A stretch of 50,965 bases of DNA from a virus (taxonomy: Duplodnaviria > Caudoviricetes), in IMG/VR virus record IMGVR_UViG_3300048598_000494, positions 1 through 50,965 of that record, one strand, 5' to 3'. The translations under genes were made by a program, and so were the position numbers. The notes under the pieces were generated by a model. The model was not told the DNA's origin. It worked only from the letters and a program-made list of their open reading frames with translations, and searched no databases. Shown one piece after another: positions 29,439 through 38,639 of this stretch; positions within the stretch are counted from its first letter, which is position 1, and every line of letters starts with the position of its first letter.

Positions 29439-30239
29439 TCATGCGATCCACGGCGCCGCAGGACGATCGGGCGGCAGGACGACCCGCCCGCCGATCCCGT
29501 TGAGTGTTCCAGCCAGAGCCGTGAACCAGGCATGGATCATCGCCCACCGGATCCGCGCGGCGAGAACCGGCGCCGGATCGGGATCGAGCCTTTCCGCCCG
29601 TCGCGCGCCCGGGTGCGGGCGCTGCGAGACCCGGTTGAAGCCGTCGACCTCAACCAACTCGAACCGCGTCGGCTGGCCCGCCCCGTCCCAACCGACCGCG
29701 CGCTCGATGGTGCGGACCCACTTCGGCTGTCCGCCCGGGTGGACATCGGGCACCACGACGGGAGCGACGCCCCGCCAGTCCGGCCACTGGTCGACGATGG
29801 CCGTCCGGACGACGATCGACGAGGCGAGCCCCTGCAAGATCGTGCCTTCGCCGCCCTTGCGCCCAGGACCGGCCTCGCGAACGACGAGACCCCACGCCCG
29901 CGCCAGCGCCGCCTCGCCGAGCCGGTCGAGATCGCCCCACGCGCCGAACCAGTCGATTTCGTCCGGCTCCTCGACGACGAGATCGTCCAAGGCGGAGACG
30001 GCTCGCGCGACGGCGAGCGCGTCGGGATGAGGTTCGCCTACCCGATCGGCGGCGAAGACCGCGCCGAAGCGGTTGATCGTCAGCCGGGATCCGCCGTCAT
30101 CAGGCAGATCGCCCCTCGCCGCCCAAGAGTTGCCGAAGCCGAGGGAAGCCGGCGCCCGGAAGCCCCATTCGGGCGGGACCTTGGAAAGCTCGTCGATCCA
30201 AGCCCACCGCACCAGATCCTCGATTCCCGTCGTCGACAT
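29439..30239 (-). CDS. Conserved phage protein, candidate late-gene regulator (Q position)
   Basis: Lies between the origin and the late leader terminator; function inferred from position only. Confidence 0.55.
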   Translation of the reverse strand: MSTTGIEDLVRWAWIDELSKVPPEWGFRAPASLGFGNSWAARGDLPDDGGSRLTINRFGAVFAADRVGEPHPDALAVARAVSALDDLVVEEPDEIDWFGAWGDLDRLGEAALARAWGLVVREAGPGRKGGEGTILQGLASSIVVRTAIVDQWPDWRGVAPVVVPDVHPGGQPKWVRTIERAVGWDGAGQPTRFELVEVDGFNRVSQRPHPGARRAERLDPDPAPVLAARIRWAMIHAWFTALAGTLNGIGGRVVLPPDRPAAPWIA

Positions 30240-30250
30240 CGTTCACCCCT

Positions 30251-30550
30251 CCGGTCCAACCGGTCCAACCTTCTTTGAAAGGTTGGACCAGATAACACAT
30301 TGATTTTACTCGCTTGGTCCAACCGGTCCAACCGGTCCAACGTCCAAGCCTCGCGCTTGAAGCTCCGAACTCGACCGCCGAGAGACAGGGCCGAGGAATT
30401 TTTTGCTCGTCGTTGGAATACTGTTCTCATCGCGCGCGTGAGAAGTGGGTTGGACCGGTTGGACCGGTTGGACCGCTCAACGATTTCAACGACTTGCGAT
30501 TTCGTTTGGTTGGACCACGGTTGGACCGCGAAGGCTCACGCGTTGGACCA
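30251..30550. repeat. Iteron array, putative replication origin
   Basis: 12 GGTCCAA/TTGGACC copies in both orientations, 9-bp period, IHF consensus at 30293-30305. Confidence 0.8.
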
Positions 30551-32065
30551 CTCGCCTTCCTCCCCTTCGATCCTGCTCTCTCCGTCGCCGTCATCGCCCC
30601 AGTCGACCGTCTGTCCGACGGCCGCTTCGAAGGCCGCGCGGCATTCGGCGAGGGTCGGAAAGACGTAGACACGCGGGCGCTTGCCGCTGCTGACGCGCGG
30701 ACGGCCATCCTTCATCGCCGGCACGAGCTTCTTGAGGTCCGTGCCGACCTCGGTCTCGATGCTTCGCCGCTTGATGCCGACCTTGTCGGACTTCTCGAGG
30801 TAGTCCTCGAACATGAGCGAGCGTTCGACTTCGGTTTCCCAGAAATCGGCCTTGCGCCGCGTCGTCCCTTCCATCAGCCGCTCGAACCACCACGATTCGA
30901 CACTGTTGAGCGAGCGGATCTTCTGTTCGAGCAGAGCCTTGGTCTTCGGGATGACGCGCAGGTTCACCGATGACAGGTCGAAGGCGAGCAGGTCGGCGAG
31001 CAGCGCCTCGCGCCCGCCGTTGTCGAGCTCATGGACCATCTCGCCGAAGTACTCGTGGTTTTCCTTGCAGCGGTCGGAGACGTCGAAGACCGCGTAGCGG
31101 CGCTCGTCCTTGCCGGCCGGCACCACCCAGCCTTCGTTCGACGTCATCATGAGCCGGATGAAGTTCTCGAGCCGGATCGGATCGACGCCCTTGTTCTCGA
31201 TCATCTGGATCTTGGCGGTGATCAGGCCCTTGAGCCGGCCTTCGGCCACCTTGTCGCCGGCCCAGACCGCCTCTTCGGCCTGCAACAGCAGGCATTGGGC
31301 CATGTGGGCGTTGAAGTTGCCGGTGACGTAGCGCGGGTCGTCGACCTGGAAGAAGTGCGCCGCGATCAGCGACCCCATCACCTCACCGAGGATCGTCTTG
31401 CCGACGCCCATCTTGCCGCGCAGCACCATGGCCACGCCGATCCGCTCGCGCGGTCGCTGCACCATCTGCGCGAAGAAGGCGAAGACCCAGTCATAGAGTT
31501 TCGGGTCGCTTTCGCAGACGTTGGTGAAGATGTGATCCTTGAAGATCGCGTAGCTTCCGCCGCGCCGGGGCTCGACCGAAAAACCGCTCCACAGGTTGTA
31601 ATAGCCGTCGGGCGAGCGCGCGCCGTCCGGATTGGGGAAGAAGCACACGCCGGAATACTGGCGCCGATCGCGGTCGCGCATCCATCGCGCAGACCACGGC
31701 ATCGCCTTGACCTTGCCGTCGGCGCCGATGATCTCGGTGGGACGGTTGGCGTACCAGGCGTTGAAGGCCTCGATCGTGCGGAACGCGTGACGTTCCTCGA
31801 TCGGCGCCGAGGGGTTCTCGTCCATCACGACGGACTTCGATCCGATCAACACCAGCGCATGTCGGCGGTTCATCGCCTCGACGTCATAGCCCATGTCGCG
31901 AGGGGCCATCGGACCCGGCTCATCGGAGGCGTCTTCTACCCCTTCGGTCCTGTTCTCTTCCGCGCCCCTCATCACGCGCGCGACGTCGTCGCTGACGGGC
32001 GACCCGTCCGCGGTCAGGATCTCGGCGCCGTCGAGCGCCTCGAGGATCCTCGAATGGTCATTCAT
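30536..32065 (-). CDS. SF3 / D5-like helicase (DUF5906-like)
   Basis: Walker A GKMGVGKT, AEE, KG, TSN, RRY. Confidence 0.88.
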   Translation of the reverse strand: MNDHSRILEALDGAEILTADGSPVSDDVARVMRGAEENRTEGVEDASDEPGPMAPRDMGYDVEAMNRRHALVLIGSKSVVMDENPSAPIEERHAFRTIEAFNAWYANRPTEIIGADGKVKAMPWSARWMRDRDRRQYSGVCFFPNPDGARSPDGYYNLWSGFSVEPRRGGSYAIFKDHIFTNVCESDPKLYDWVFAFFAQMVQRPRERIGVAMVLRGKMGVGKTILGEVMGSLIAAHFFQVDDPRYVTGNFNAHMAQCLLLQAEEAVWAGDKVAEGRLKGLITAKIQMIENKGVDPIRLENFIRLMMTSNEGWVVPAGKDERRYAVFDVSDRCKENHEYFGEMVHELDNGGREALLADLLAFDLSSVNLRVIPKTKALLEQKIRSLNSVESWWFERLMEGTTRRKADFWETEVERSLMFEDYLEKSDKVGIKRRSIETEVGTDLKKLVPAMKDGRPRVSSGKRPRVYVFPTLAECRAAFEAAVGQTVDWGDDGDGESRIEGEEGEWSNA

Positions 32066-33317
32066 CGGTCGATCCCCGAAGCATGTCGTTGAAGTCGCCG
32101 CCGACGCGCGCCCAGGCGCGCCGCACGACGAGGCCGGGCCGCGACCAGCGCGCGGCGCAGCGGCGCAGCGCGAAGTCGGTCACGGCCGCGTCGCTGTCGC
32201 CGTCGCCGAGCAGCGTCGCCTCGACGACACTCGCCGGCAGGGCGATGCCCGGGGAATCGGCGAGCGGCACGGGGCCGGGAACCATGACGGCGCGGGCGCG
32301 GCCCGCCTTGTCCGTCTTGGTGAGGCCTTGCGGGTGGCGCACGGTCTCGGTCGCCTTGCCGCCCATGTTGCCGAGGCTGATCCCGGCCCACCACGCCGTG
32401 TCGGCCGTCGCGCGGCCCGCCTCGATCGCCGCGTCGCGCACAGAGAGCGTCGTCTCGATCCCCTCGCCGATGACGAGGCGCGCCGGATCGGCGACCGGAC
32501 CGGCGAGGCGCAGCACGCCGCCGTGGACCGATCCGCGGATCTTCTTCGCCGGCTGCAGCTCGCCCGTCTCGGGATGGACGACCGTCGCCTTGCGCGGCTC
32601 GACCGGATCGAGGTGCGTGATGTGCGCGCCCCGGAACCGCCCGTCGCCATCGGCGATCGCGGCGACCATGGCCGGCAAGTCGCAGACCTTGATGTAGTAC
32701 GGTTTGACCCCACGGAGCTTCTCGTCCTCGGTCAGCTCGTGCAGAACGAAGAACCCGAGCTGTTCGACGAAGCGCAGACGCAGGCCGGCGACGTGGCGAA
32801 TGCCGCGCGCGGCGAGATAGGCCTCGGCATGGGTGCCGGCGATCCCGCGGCCCTCTTCCCAGATCTCGAGCGCGCGCTTGATCTCCGCATCGCGATAGCT
32901 CGACGCCTCCTTCTCGCGCTTGGCCGCCGCCTCGGCGCCCTCTCGCGCACGGGTCGCCATCCGCGCCTCGCGCTCAGCGCGGGCCTCTGGCGCCTCTTCG
33001 CGCGCCCGTTCGGGCGGCGGCGCACCGTTGATCTCTTCGCAGATCACGACGAAATCGGCGCCGATCTTCGGATCGAGGCTGCGGACGTGGGCGACGAGAT
33101 CGATCACGTCGCCGCCGGCGCCCCCCATGTGACCGCAATTCCAGACGCGCTTCGCCTCGTTGATCGAAAACCGGTCCGTGCCGCCACAACCCGGGCACGC
33201 ACCGACGAGTTCGCGACCAGACCGCTTGAGCCCCGCCGCGCCGAGGCGGCCGGCCATCTCGGTGATATCGGCCGCGCGAGCGTCGGCCACCCAATCGTCG
33301 AACGAGATCCAGATCAT
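32058..33317 (-). CDS. Phage primase (zinc finger + Toprim)
   Basis: GACPGCGGTDRF, YL..RGI, GEGIET.LS, GDGD, DFND. Confidence 0.88.
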   Translation of the reverse strand: MIWISFDDWVADARAADITEMAGRLGAAGLKRSGRELVGACPGCGGTDRFSINEAKRVWNCGHMGGAGGDVIDLVAHVRSLDPKIGADFVVICEEINGAPPPERAREEAPEARAEREARMATRAREGAEAAAKREKEASSYRDAEIKRALEIWEEGRGIAGTHAEAYLAARGIRHVAGLRLRFVEQLGFFVLHELTEDEKLRGVKPYYIKVCDLPAMVAAIADGDGRFRGAHITHLDPVEPRKATVVHPETGELQPAKKIRGSVHGGVLRLAGPVADPARLVIGEGIETTLSVRDAAIEAGRATADTAWWAGISLGNMGGKATETVRHPQGLTKTDKAGRARAVMVPGPVPLADSPGIALPASVVEATLLGDGDSDAAVTDFALRRCAARWSRPGLVVRRAWARVGGDFNDMLRGSTDE

Positions 33318-33347
33318 GACGGCTTCACTCTTTCGAAAATCGCCAAC

Positions 33348-33400
33348 TCGCACAAAAATGTGCGAGAACCATTGACACCCGCACATTTTTGTACGAGATT
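33348..33400 (+). promoter_or_regulatory. hicAB promoter with two palindromic operators
   Basis: TCGCACAAAAATGTGCGA (33348-33365), TTGACA (33372-33377), CCGCACATTTTTGTACGA (33379-33396). Confidence 0.7.
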
Positions 33401-33430
33401 GCATCCATCGAAACGGAACAAGGAGATGCG

Positions 33431-33634
33431 ATGAATCGAGAGGGATTGATCCGAGCCCTTCGCAAGTACGCCAGAAAGAACGACGTGTTCTTCGAGGTCG
33501 ACAAGAAGAAGGGGAATGGATCGCACTACATCGTCCGGGTCGGGACAAAATGGACCACGGTCCAAAGCGACCTGAACCCCGGACGAATAGAGCGCATCCT
33601 GAAACAACTCGAAGTGGACCCCGCCGCCATCTAG
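33431..33634 (+). CDS. hicA: HicA-family toxin
   Basis: 67 aa, basic, G.GSH motif, ILKQL; AGGAG RBS. Confidence 0.82.
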   Translation: MNREGLIRALRKYARKNDVFFEVDKKKGNGSHYIVRVGTKWTTVQSDLNPGRIERILKQLEVDPAAI

Positions 33635-33685
33635 GCGGGGTCTCCCTCTCGCGGCCACGCGCCTTGATTGATGGATGGAGTGAAC

Positions 33686-34111
33686 ATGAACTACGCGATC
33701 CGAATTACCCCGGACGGCCACGGCGGTTTCGACGCCGCCTGCCGCGACCTGCCGCAGCTCGTGACCGGCGGCGCGACCGAAGCCGAAGCCTTCGACATGG
33801 CCGCCGATGCGCTCGAGGTGGTCGTCGCCGGCTACATGATGATGGGCGAAGACCTGCCTCTGCCGTCGCCGGCCGAGGCGGGAGAGCGCCTCGTGCCCGT
33901 GCCGGCGGCCATGGCCGCCAAGGCGGCCGTCTGGCGCGCGTGGCGCGCGTCCGGCATCTCCAAGAGCGAACTGGCGCGCCGGATGGACGTGGCCGAAGGC
34001 GAGGTGCGCCGCATCCTCGACCCCGACCACGCGACCAAGCTCGAGCGTCTCGACCAGGCGGCCCGCGCCCTCGGCACGCGCCTGGTGGTCGATCTCGCCG
34101 CGGCGGCGTGA
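33686..34111 (+). CDS. hicB: HicB-family antitoxin with C-terminal HTH
   Basis: RDLP..VT.G.T..EA..MA.DAL; SKSELARR..RILDP.H.TK. Confidence 0.88.
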   Translation: MNYAIRITPDGHGGFDAACRDLPQLVTGGATEAEAFDMAADALEVVVAGYMMMGEDLPLPSPAEAGERLVPVPAAMAAKAAVWRAWRASGISKSELARRMDVAEGEVRRILDPDHATKLERLDQAARALGTRLVVDLAAAA

Positions 34112-34134
34112 CATGAGACGGTGGGGGTGGATGC

Positions 34135-36072
34135 TCACAGCGCCACCCCCGCATTCTCGAACAGCGCGCCGGCGTTCCAGAGGCCCTTGGCGAGCCGCTT
34201 GCGCGGCCTCGCGCGCGACAACGCGGGCTGGTCCGGCACGTAGTTGGCGGCGACCAGCGCGGCGGCGACGGGCGGCGAGACGGAGTTGCCGCACATGCGG
34301 ACCTGCGCCGTCTTGGTGATCGGATGGCCGTCGGCGCCCTCGTCGATGACGTAGCCGTCCGGGAAGCCCTGCGCCCGGTAGAGCTCGCGAGGCGACAGCA
34401 TCCGCATGCCGATGTCGACGATCTCGTAATCGGCCCCCTCGATCGTCACGAGGCCGAAACGCGGTTTCGCCGTCACGGTATGCAGCGGGTCGCGGCAGTC
34501 CTGTCCATGCTCGGCGGCGCCGTAGTATTTGGCCAGGAACGCCCGCACCTCGGCCTGATGATTCCCTTCGGCGGTGATGGTCGGCGCCGGAGCGGTGATC
34601 GGGCGGCCACGGCGATCGGAGCCGTGCAGGTCGACCATGCCGGCCGACACCTCGACGACCGCCTGTTGGCATCCCTTGGCCGTCAGCGTCGACACCGGCT
34701 CGCGCACGTCGTGGCCGACGACGCCGACGTTGTGCTGCGCCAGGAAGGCGGTGACGACGGCCGACTTGCCGCCGCCGCCGGCCGTCGTGGTGCCGATCGG
34801 CTCGCCGGCATCGGACCCGACGGAGGCGCCGAACTGGCGCTGGACGTGCCCCGCGATCAGCATGTGGTGGTTGCCGCCGGCGACGATCGTCCTGACCGGC
34901 TCGTCGACCGGATAGTGCGGCTTCTCTCCGAAATTGTTCTTCACGATCAGCGGGGCGACGAGGCTTCCCTCGTTCCCGGTCGTCACCACCGTCGCCATCG
35001 GCTCTTCGATCGATCGCGTCCGCGGCTCTTGTCCGTCGCGCTCGCCGTAGCGCGGCACCAGGTAGGGCGCGACGAGCGAAAGCTCGCCGCCCTTGGCCGT
35101 GGTGACCGTCCGCAACGGCGCCGCGATGTCGTGCGCGGTCGGGGCGTTCTTGGTGTGACAGATCGGGACGACGTGCGGCGCGACCAGCGCGGTCTCGCCG
35201 CGCTTCGCCCCGGTCACCGTCCGCGTCGGCTCGTCGAGCGGGTAGATTCGCGCCGCGCCGTGATGCGTCAGCGGGACGACGAAGGGCTTCGCCGCCTCGA
35301 GGACGTAGCGCTGCACGCCCTTGGCGATGCGGGCCATCGTCGCCTCCGCCAGCGGGCGGTTCACGCCGATCGCGCGGCCTTCCTCGCGCGTCAGGAAGAT
35401 CGACGGGCAGGGGATCGACCAGTCGATGATCTCGGCGGCGGTGCGCCACGGCGCCAAGCGGCCCGAGACGACGGACTCCGACTTCGGATCGCCGTGCGTC
35501 GGTTCCGGCCAGACGATCGGCCGTCCATCGCAGCGCGCGACGAGGAACAGGCGCTTGCGGATCGTCGGCGCGCCGTAGTCGCAGGCCCTGAGCTCGCGCC
35601 ACTCGACCCGGTAGCCGAGCCGCTCCAACTCGCCGACCCACCGGCGGAACGTCTCTCCCCGGCGCGCCGGGCACGGCTGGCGGTCGGCGGTCAGCGGCCC
35701 CCACGTCTGGAACTCCTCGACGTTCTCGAGAAGGATCACGCGCGGCCGCACCTGCTCGGCCCACCGGACGACGACCCAGGCGAGATCGCGAATTCCCTTT
35801 TCGCGCGGTTCGCCGCCCTTGGCCTTCGAGAAGTGCTTGCAGTCCGGGCTCGCCCACATCAGGCCGACCGGACGGCCTTGCGTCGCCGCGATCGGATCGA
35901 CCTTCCAGACGTCGTGCCGGATGTGCCACGTTGTCGGGTGATTGCGCTCGTGCATCGAGAGCGCCTCGCCGTCGTGATTGATGGCGATGTCGGGAGATCG
36001 TCCGAGCGCGATCTCGATGCCGGTGGAGGCCCCGCCGCCGCCGGCGAAACTGTCGACGATGATTTCACGCAT
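34135..36072 (-). CDS. C5-cytosine DNA methyltransferase with repeat-expanded variable region
   Basis: FAGGGG, SPDC, ENV, R.RLF, RML.P.EL..AQGFP, GNSV. Confidence 0.93.
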   Translation of the reverse strand: MREIIVDSFAGGGGASTGIEIALGRSPDIAINHDGEALSMHERNHPTTWHIRHDVWKVDPIAATQGRPVGLMWASPDCKHFSKAKGGEPREKGIRDLAWVVVRWAEQVRPRVILLENVEEFQTWGPLTADRQPCPARRGETFRRWVGELERLGYRVEWRELRACDYGAPTIRKRLFLVARCDGRPIVWPEPTHGDPKSESVVSGRLAPWRTAAEIIDWSIPCPSIFLTREEGRAIGVNRPLAEATMARIAKGVQRYVLEAAKPFVVPLTHHGAARIYPLDEPTRTVTGAKRGETALVAPHVVPICHTKNAPTAHDIAAPLRTVTTAKGGELSLVAPYLVPRYGERDGQEPRTRSIEEPMATVVTTGNEGSLVAPLIVKNNFGEKPHYPVDEPVRTIVAGGNHHMLIAGHVQRQFGASVGSDAGEPIGTTTAGGGGKSAVVTAFLAQHNVGVVGHDVREPVSTLTAKGCQQAVVEVSAGMVDLHGSDRRGRPITAPAPTITAEGNHQAEVRAFLAKYYGAAEHGQDCRDPLHTVTAKPRFGLVTIEGADYEIVDIGMRMLSPRELYRAQGFPDGYVIDEGADGHPITKTAQVRMCGNSVSPPVAAALVAANYVPDQPALSRARPRKRLAKGLWNAGALFENAGVAL

Positions 36073-36766
36073 GAGCCTTCTCCCCAGCGAAGCGCGCGAC
36101 GTCGTTCGGACGGGTACAGCGCTGGGCGGCCCCCGGCTTGATCCAGTAAAGTCGGGTGTGGTCACGTACCTCGCGGTGCGGGCCGTACCAGACGAACCAT
36201 GCGTAGGGCGTCGCCGTCGACGCGCCGGGATCCCATCGCCCCCTGACCATGGGAACACGCTCGGCGAATTGCAGGACGGCGCTCGGCGGCGTTCGCGCGA
36301 AGATGCGGTTGTATCGGCCAATCCCATCGACCCATGCAGAACGCAGCAGCATCGCGACCCCACATGCGGCGAGGCCGAGGGCGCGCTCGACGAACGCTTC
36401 GGACAGCTTGAAGGGCGGGTTGGTGACGACCCAGTCGACACGACCCTTCGGCCAATCGAGCGACCGCGGCCGCTGGATGACGTCGAGGCCTTCACCGACG
36501 AACGAGCCGACATCGTCGAGGTCGCCGTAATCGTGGACGTCGGTGGCGACGACGAGGCGAAACGCCTCGGCCAGCACGTTGGCCATGTGACGGCCGCCGG
36601 CGGCAGGCTCCCAACACGTGCATTGCGCGAGATCGCAATAGACGTTGGCAGCTATCCACTCGATCAGCGCTCGCGTCGCCCATGGCGGCGTCGGGAAAAA
36701 GTCGAGGCTGTCTAGAGCGGAGTGGCGCATCTGGCCGACCGCGTAGGGAATCGGGGTATTGCTCAT
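36065..36766 (-). CDS. Amino (N6A/N4C) DNA methyltransferase, NPPF type
   Basis: FFPTP.W.T, EPAAG..HM, VTNPPF. Confidence 0.85.
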   Translation of the reverse strand: MSNTPIPYAVGQMRHSALDSLDFFPTPPWATRALIEWIAANVYCDLAQCTCWEPAAGGRHMANVLAEAFRLVVATDVHDYGDLDDVGSFVGEGLDVIQRPRSLDWPKGRVDWVVTNPPFKLSEAFVERALGLAACGVAMLLRSAWVDGIGRYNRIFARTPPSAVLQFAERVPMVRGRWDPGASTATPYAWFVWYGPHREVRDHTRLYWIKPGAAQRCTRPNDVARFAGEKAHA

Positions 36767-36927
36767 CCCGCCCTCCGCATCTCTTCGGCCAAGCGGGCAC
36801 GCTCGGCGATGGACCACAGATCGCGGCCACGTCGCGACCGCTCGACGCGGCGCCAGACGGCGACGCGAAGGGTGCGGGCGACGCGGGTCGAGATCGTCAG
36901 CCAGCGGTCGAAGACGATCACCTTCAT
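36763..36927 (-). CDS. Small hypothetical protein
   Basis: ATGA coupling on both sides. Confidence 0.5.
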   Translation of the reverse strand: MKVIVFDRWLTISTRVARTLRVAVWRRVERSRRGRDLWSIAERARLAEEMRRAG

Positions 36928-37541
36928 CGCGCGGCCCTCGTCAGCAGGGTGATCAGCGTGTCGGCGTCGGCCTTCAGAGCAGGATCGACGGCGAGGCGCG
37001 CTTCGACGGCGCGGCATCCATGGATCACGGTGGTGTGGTCGCGCCGTCCGATACGACGACCGATCTCGCCCATCGTCGCCGTCGTCAGAGTGGCCGCGAT
37101 CCACATCGCCAGCTGGCGCGGGCGGGTCGTCGCCTTGTCCCGTCGAGCCGAGATCAGATCGAGACGCGTCCGGCCGTAGTAGGCAGCGACCGCCCCGACG
37201 ATCATGGCGACCGTCGGGGCGCGCGAAGCCGGGGCGACGGGCGCAGACGCATCGAAGAAGTCACCAGGGGCAAGCGGTCGCTGCACGAGGTGATCGAGCA
37301 CATCGGCGGGAATCGGCTGGCGCTGCGGCGCCGCCTCGACGACCGGCATCGGCTCGTGCGGCACGCTCTTGCGCGCCGGCGGCACCGGGCGCGCCGTGGC
37401 CACGGTCGACGGCCGTGGCACGCGCCCCAGCCGCACGGCGAGATCCATGGCGGCCGTCGTGCGCTCGGCGCGCCGTTCGGCCGCGGTGATCGGCGGCGGA
37501 CCCGCGCGGCCCGCCGAGGACGTCTCGTCGATCGCGGTCAT
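36924..37541 (-). CDS. DnaA domain IV (Bac_DnaA_C) DNA-binding protein
   Basis: S.RR......RQ.AMW....T......IGR..G.RDHTTVIHG signature. Confidence 0.85.
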   Translation of the reverse strand: MTAIDETSSAGRAGPPPITAAERRAERTTAAMDLAVRLGRVPRPSTVATARPVPPARKSVPHEPMPVVEAAPQRQPIPADVLDHLVQRPLAPGDFFDASAPVAPASRAPTVAMIVGAVAAYYGRTRLDLISARRDKATTRPRQLAMWIAATLTTATMGEIGRRIGRRDHTTVIHGCRAVEARLAVDPALKADADTLITLLTRAAR

Positions 37542-37543
37542 GA

Positions 37544-38029
37544 TCAGCCCCCGGCCACCAGTCGGGGCCCCTTGGCGGCGGCGACGTCGGCACGCCAGGC
37601 GTCGAGGCTGCGCGACACGCTGCTCGCGGCGCGGTCCATCTGTTCGGCTTCGGCCGGGCTGAACTTCCCGTCCGCGGCGGCGGCGGCATAGACCGTCATC
37701 ATCTCGCCGACGGCGCGCATCAGCTCGGCGTGCCGCGACATGATCGCCGAAGCATCGCCGCCGGGCGCCTCGTCGGCCTCGGTCAGGCGCCGCCCGCCGA
37801 GCCCCGCCATCGCCGCCGTGACGCACGGCACGCCGCATTCGGCCTCGAGCGCGAGCGCCGCGGTGATCGGGATGATCACCTCCGGCCCGCTCGCCTGCCA
37901 GCGCGACACCTCCGACTTCGACATGAGGGCGATTTCGCCGGCCCGCTCGACGCCGCCGCAGAGCTTGACGAGATCGCGGGTGGCGCTCTTGACCCGGTGG
38001 AACCAGGCATCGGGGATCGGATGGGACAT
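37544..38029 (-). CDS. CII-like regulator
   Basis: K.ATR.LV..CGG, N-terminal HTH, LE..CG.P.VT, DGK.SP.E; start may be 38047. Confidence 0.7.
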   Translation of the reverse strand: MSHPIPDAWFHRVKSATRDLVKLCGGVERAGEIALMSKSEVSRWQASGPEVIIPITAALALEAECGVPCVTAAMAGLGGRRLTEADEAPGGDASAIMSRHAELMRAVGEMMTVYAAAAADGKFSPAEAEQMDRAASSVSRSLDAWRADVAAAKGPRLVAGG

Positions 38030-38050
38030 GAGGCAGACCCTCGGCATGGC

Positions 38051-38094
38051 TTTCCCGTTCCGGGAAAACGCCTCGGCGTTTCCCGTTCCGGGAA
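38051..38094. promoter_or_regulatory. Tandem palindromic operator pair
   Basis: TTTCCCGTTCCGGGAA at 38051 and 38079. Confidence 0.65.
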
Positions 38095-38147
38095 TGAAGT
38101 CTCTGTGTGATGGTCTCGGTGTCGGGCGGGTTCGCCGCCCCTATCGA

Positions 38148-38375
38148 TCAGGAGGTATCATGGCGTCGCTTCTCCGCCTCGACGGCAACCGCCAACCCTC
38201 GCAGCGTGCCGACCAGACGGCGAGCGCTGCGGTCGATTTCGGCCGAAATGAAATCGAAGGGCGACGACCGCTGCGCCAGTCCGCTCCCAACGGAAGCGGA
38301 CACCCCGGCGGGCGAGAAAACCGTCTTGTTGTGGTCGTCGGTCGGCATCGCCAACCCCCTCGGAATGGCAGTCAT
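38148..38375 (-). CDS. Hypothetical protein
   Basis: ATGA-coupled to cro. Confidence 0.5.
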   Translation of the reverse strand: MTAIPRGLAMPTDDHNKTVFSPAGVSASVGSGLAQRSSPFDFISAEIDRSARRLVGTLRGLAVAVEAEKRRHDTS

Positions 38376-38632
38376 GCCGCCTTCTCCTCGGTCACGCCGC
38401 AGGGCCGCGGCACGTCGGCCGGCCAGTCCAGCCCGTCGGGCCAGTTGTCGGAAAACCAGCCGACCGCACGGTCATAGGTGCGGATGCGCCAGTTCAGGCG
38501 CCCGTCGCGCACCTTGTCGAAGAACTGCCAATCGCCACCGGCTCGCTCCGAGAGCGTCGCCGACGACATGCCCGTCGCCGCCATGTAGGCGTCGGCGAGG
38601 GTGACGAGGTGCGTGGTCAGGGTCGTTTCCAT
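38372..38632 (-). CDS. Cro-like regulator
   Basis: Small HTH protein divergent from cI; W.S.NWP....WP..VPRP tail. Confidence 0.75.
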   Translation of the reverse strand: METTLTTHLVTLADAYMAATGMSSATLSERAGGDWQFFDKVRDGRLNWRIRTYDRAVGWFSDNWPDGLDWPADVPRPCGVTEEKAA

Positions 38633-38639
38633 GGGGTCG

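Noticed and set aside
30251-30550. CRISPR array or the short ORFs called across the iterons
   Set aside because: 7-9 bp units in both orientations; the ORFs only translate the repeats
32058-33548. Long N-terminal extensions in the ORF track (primase, C5 methylase, baseplate J, portal, cI, int)
   Set aside because: They overlap neighbouring genes; downstream starts with RBS or ATGA coupling fit better
34135-36766. Restriction-modification system
   Set aside because: No recognisable endonuclease next to the methyltransferases
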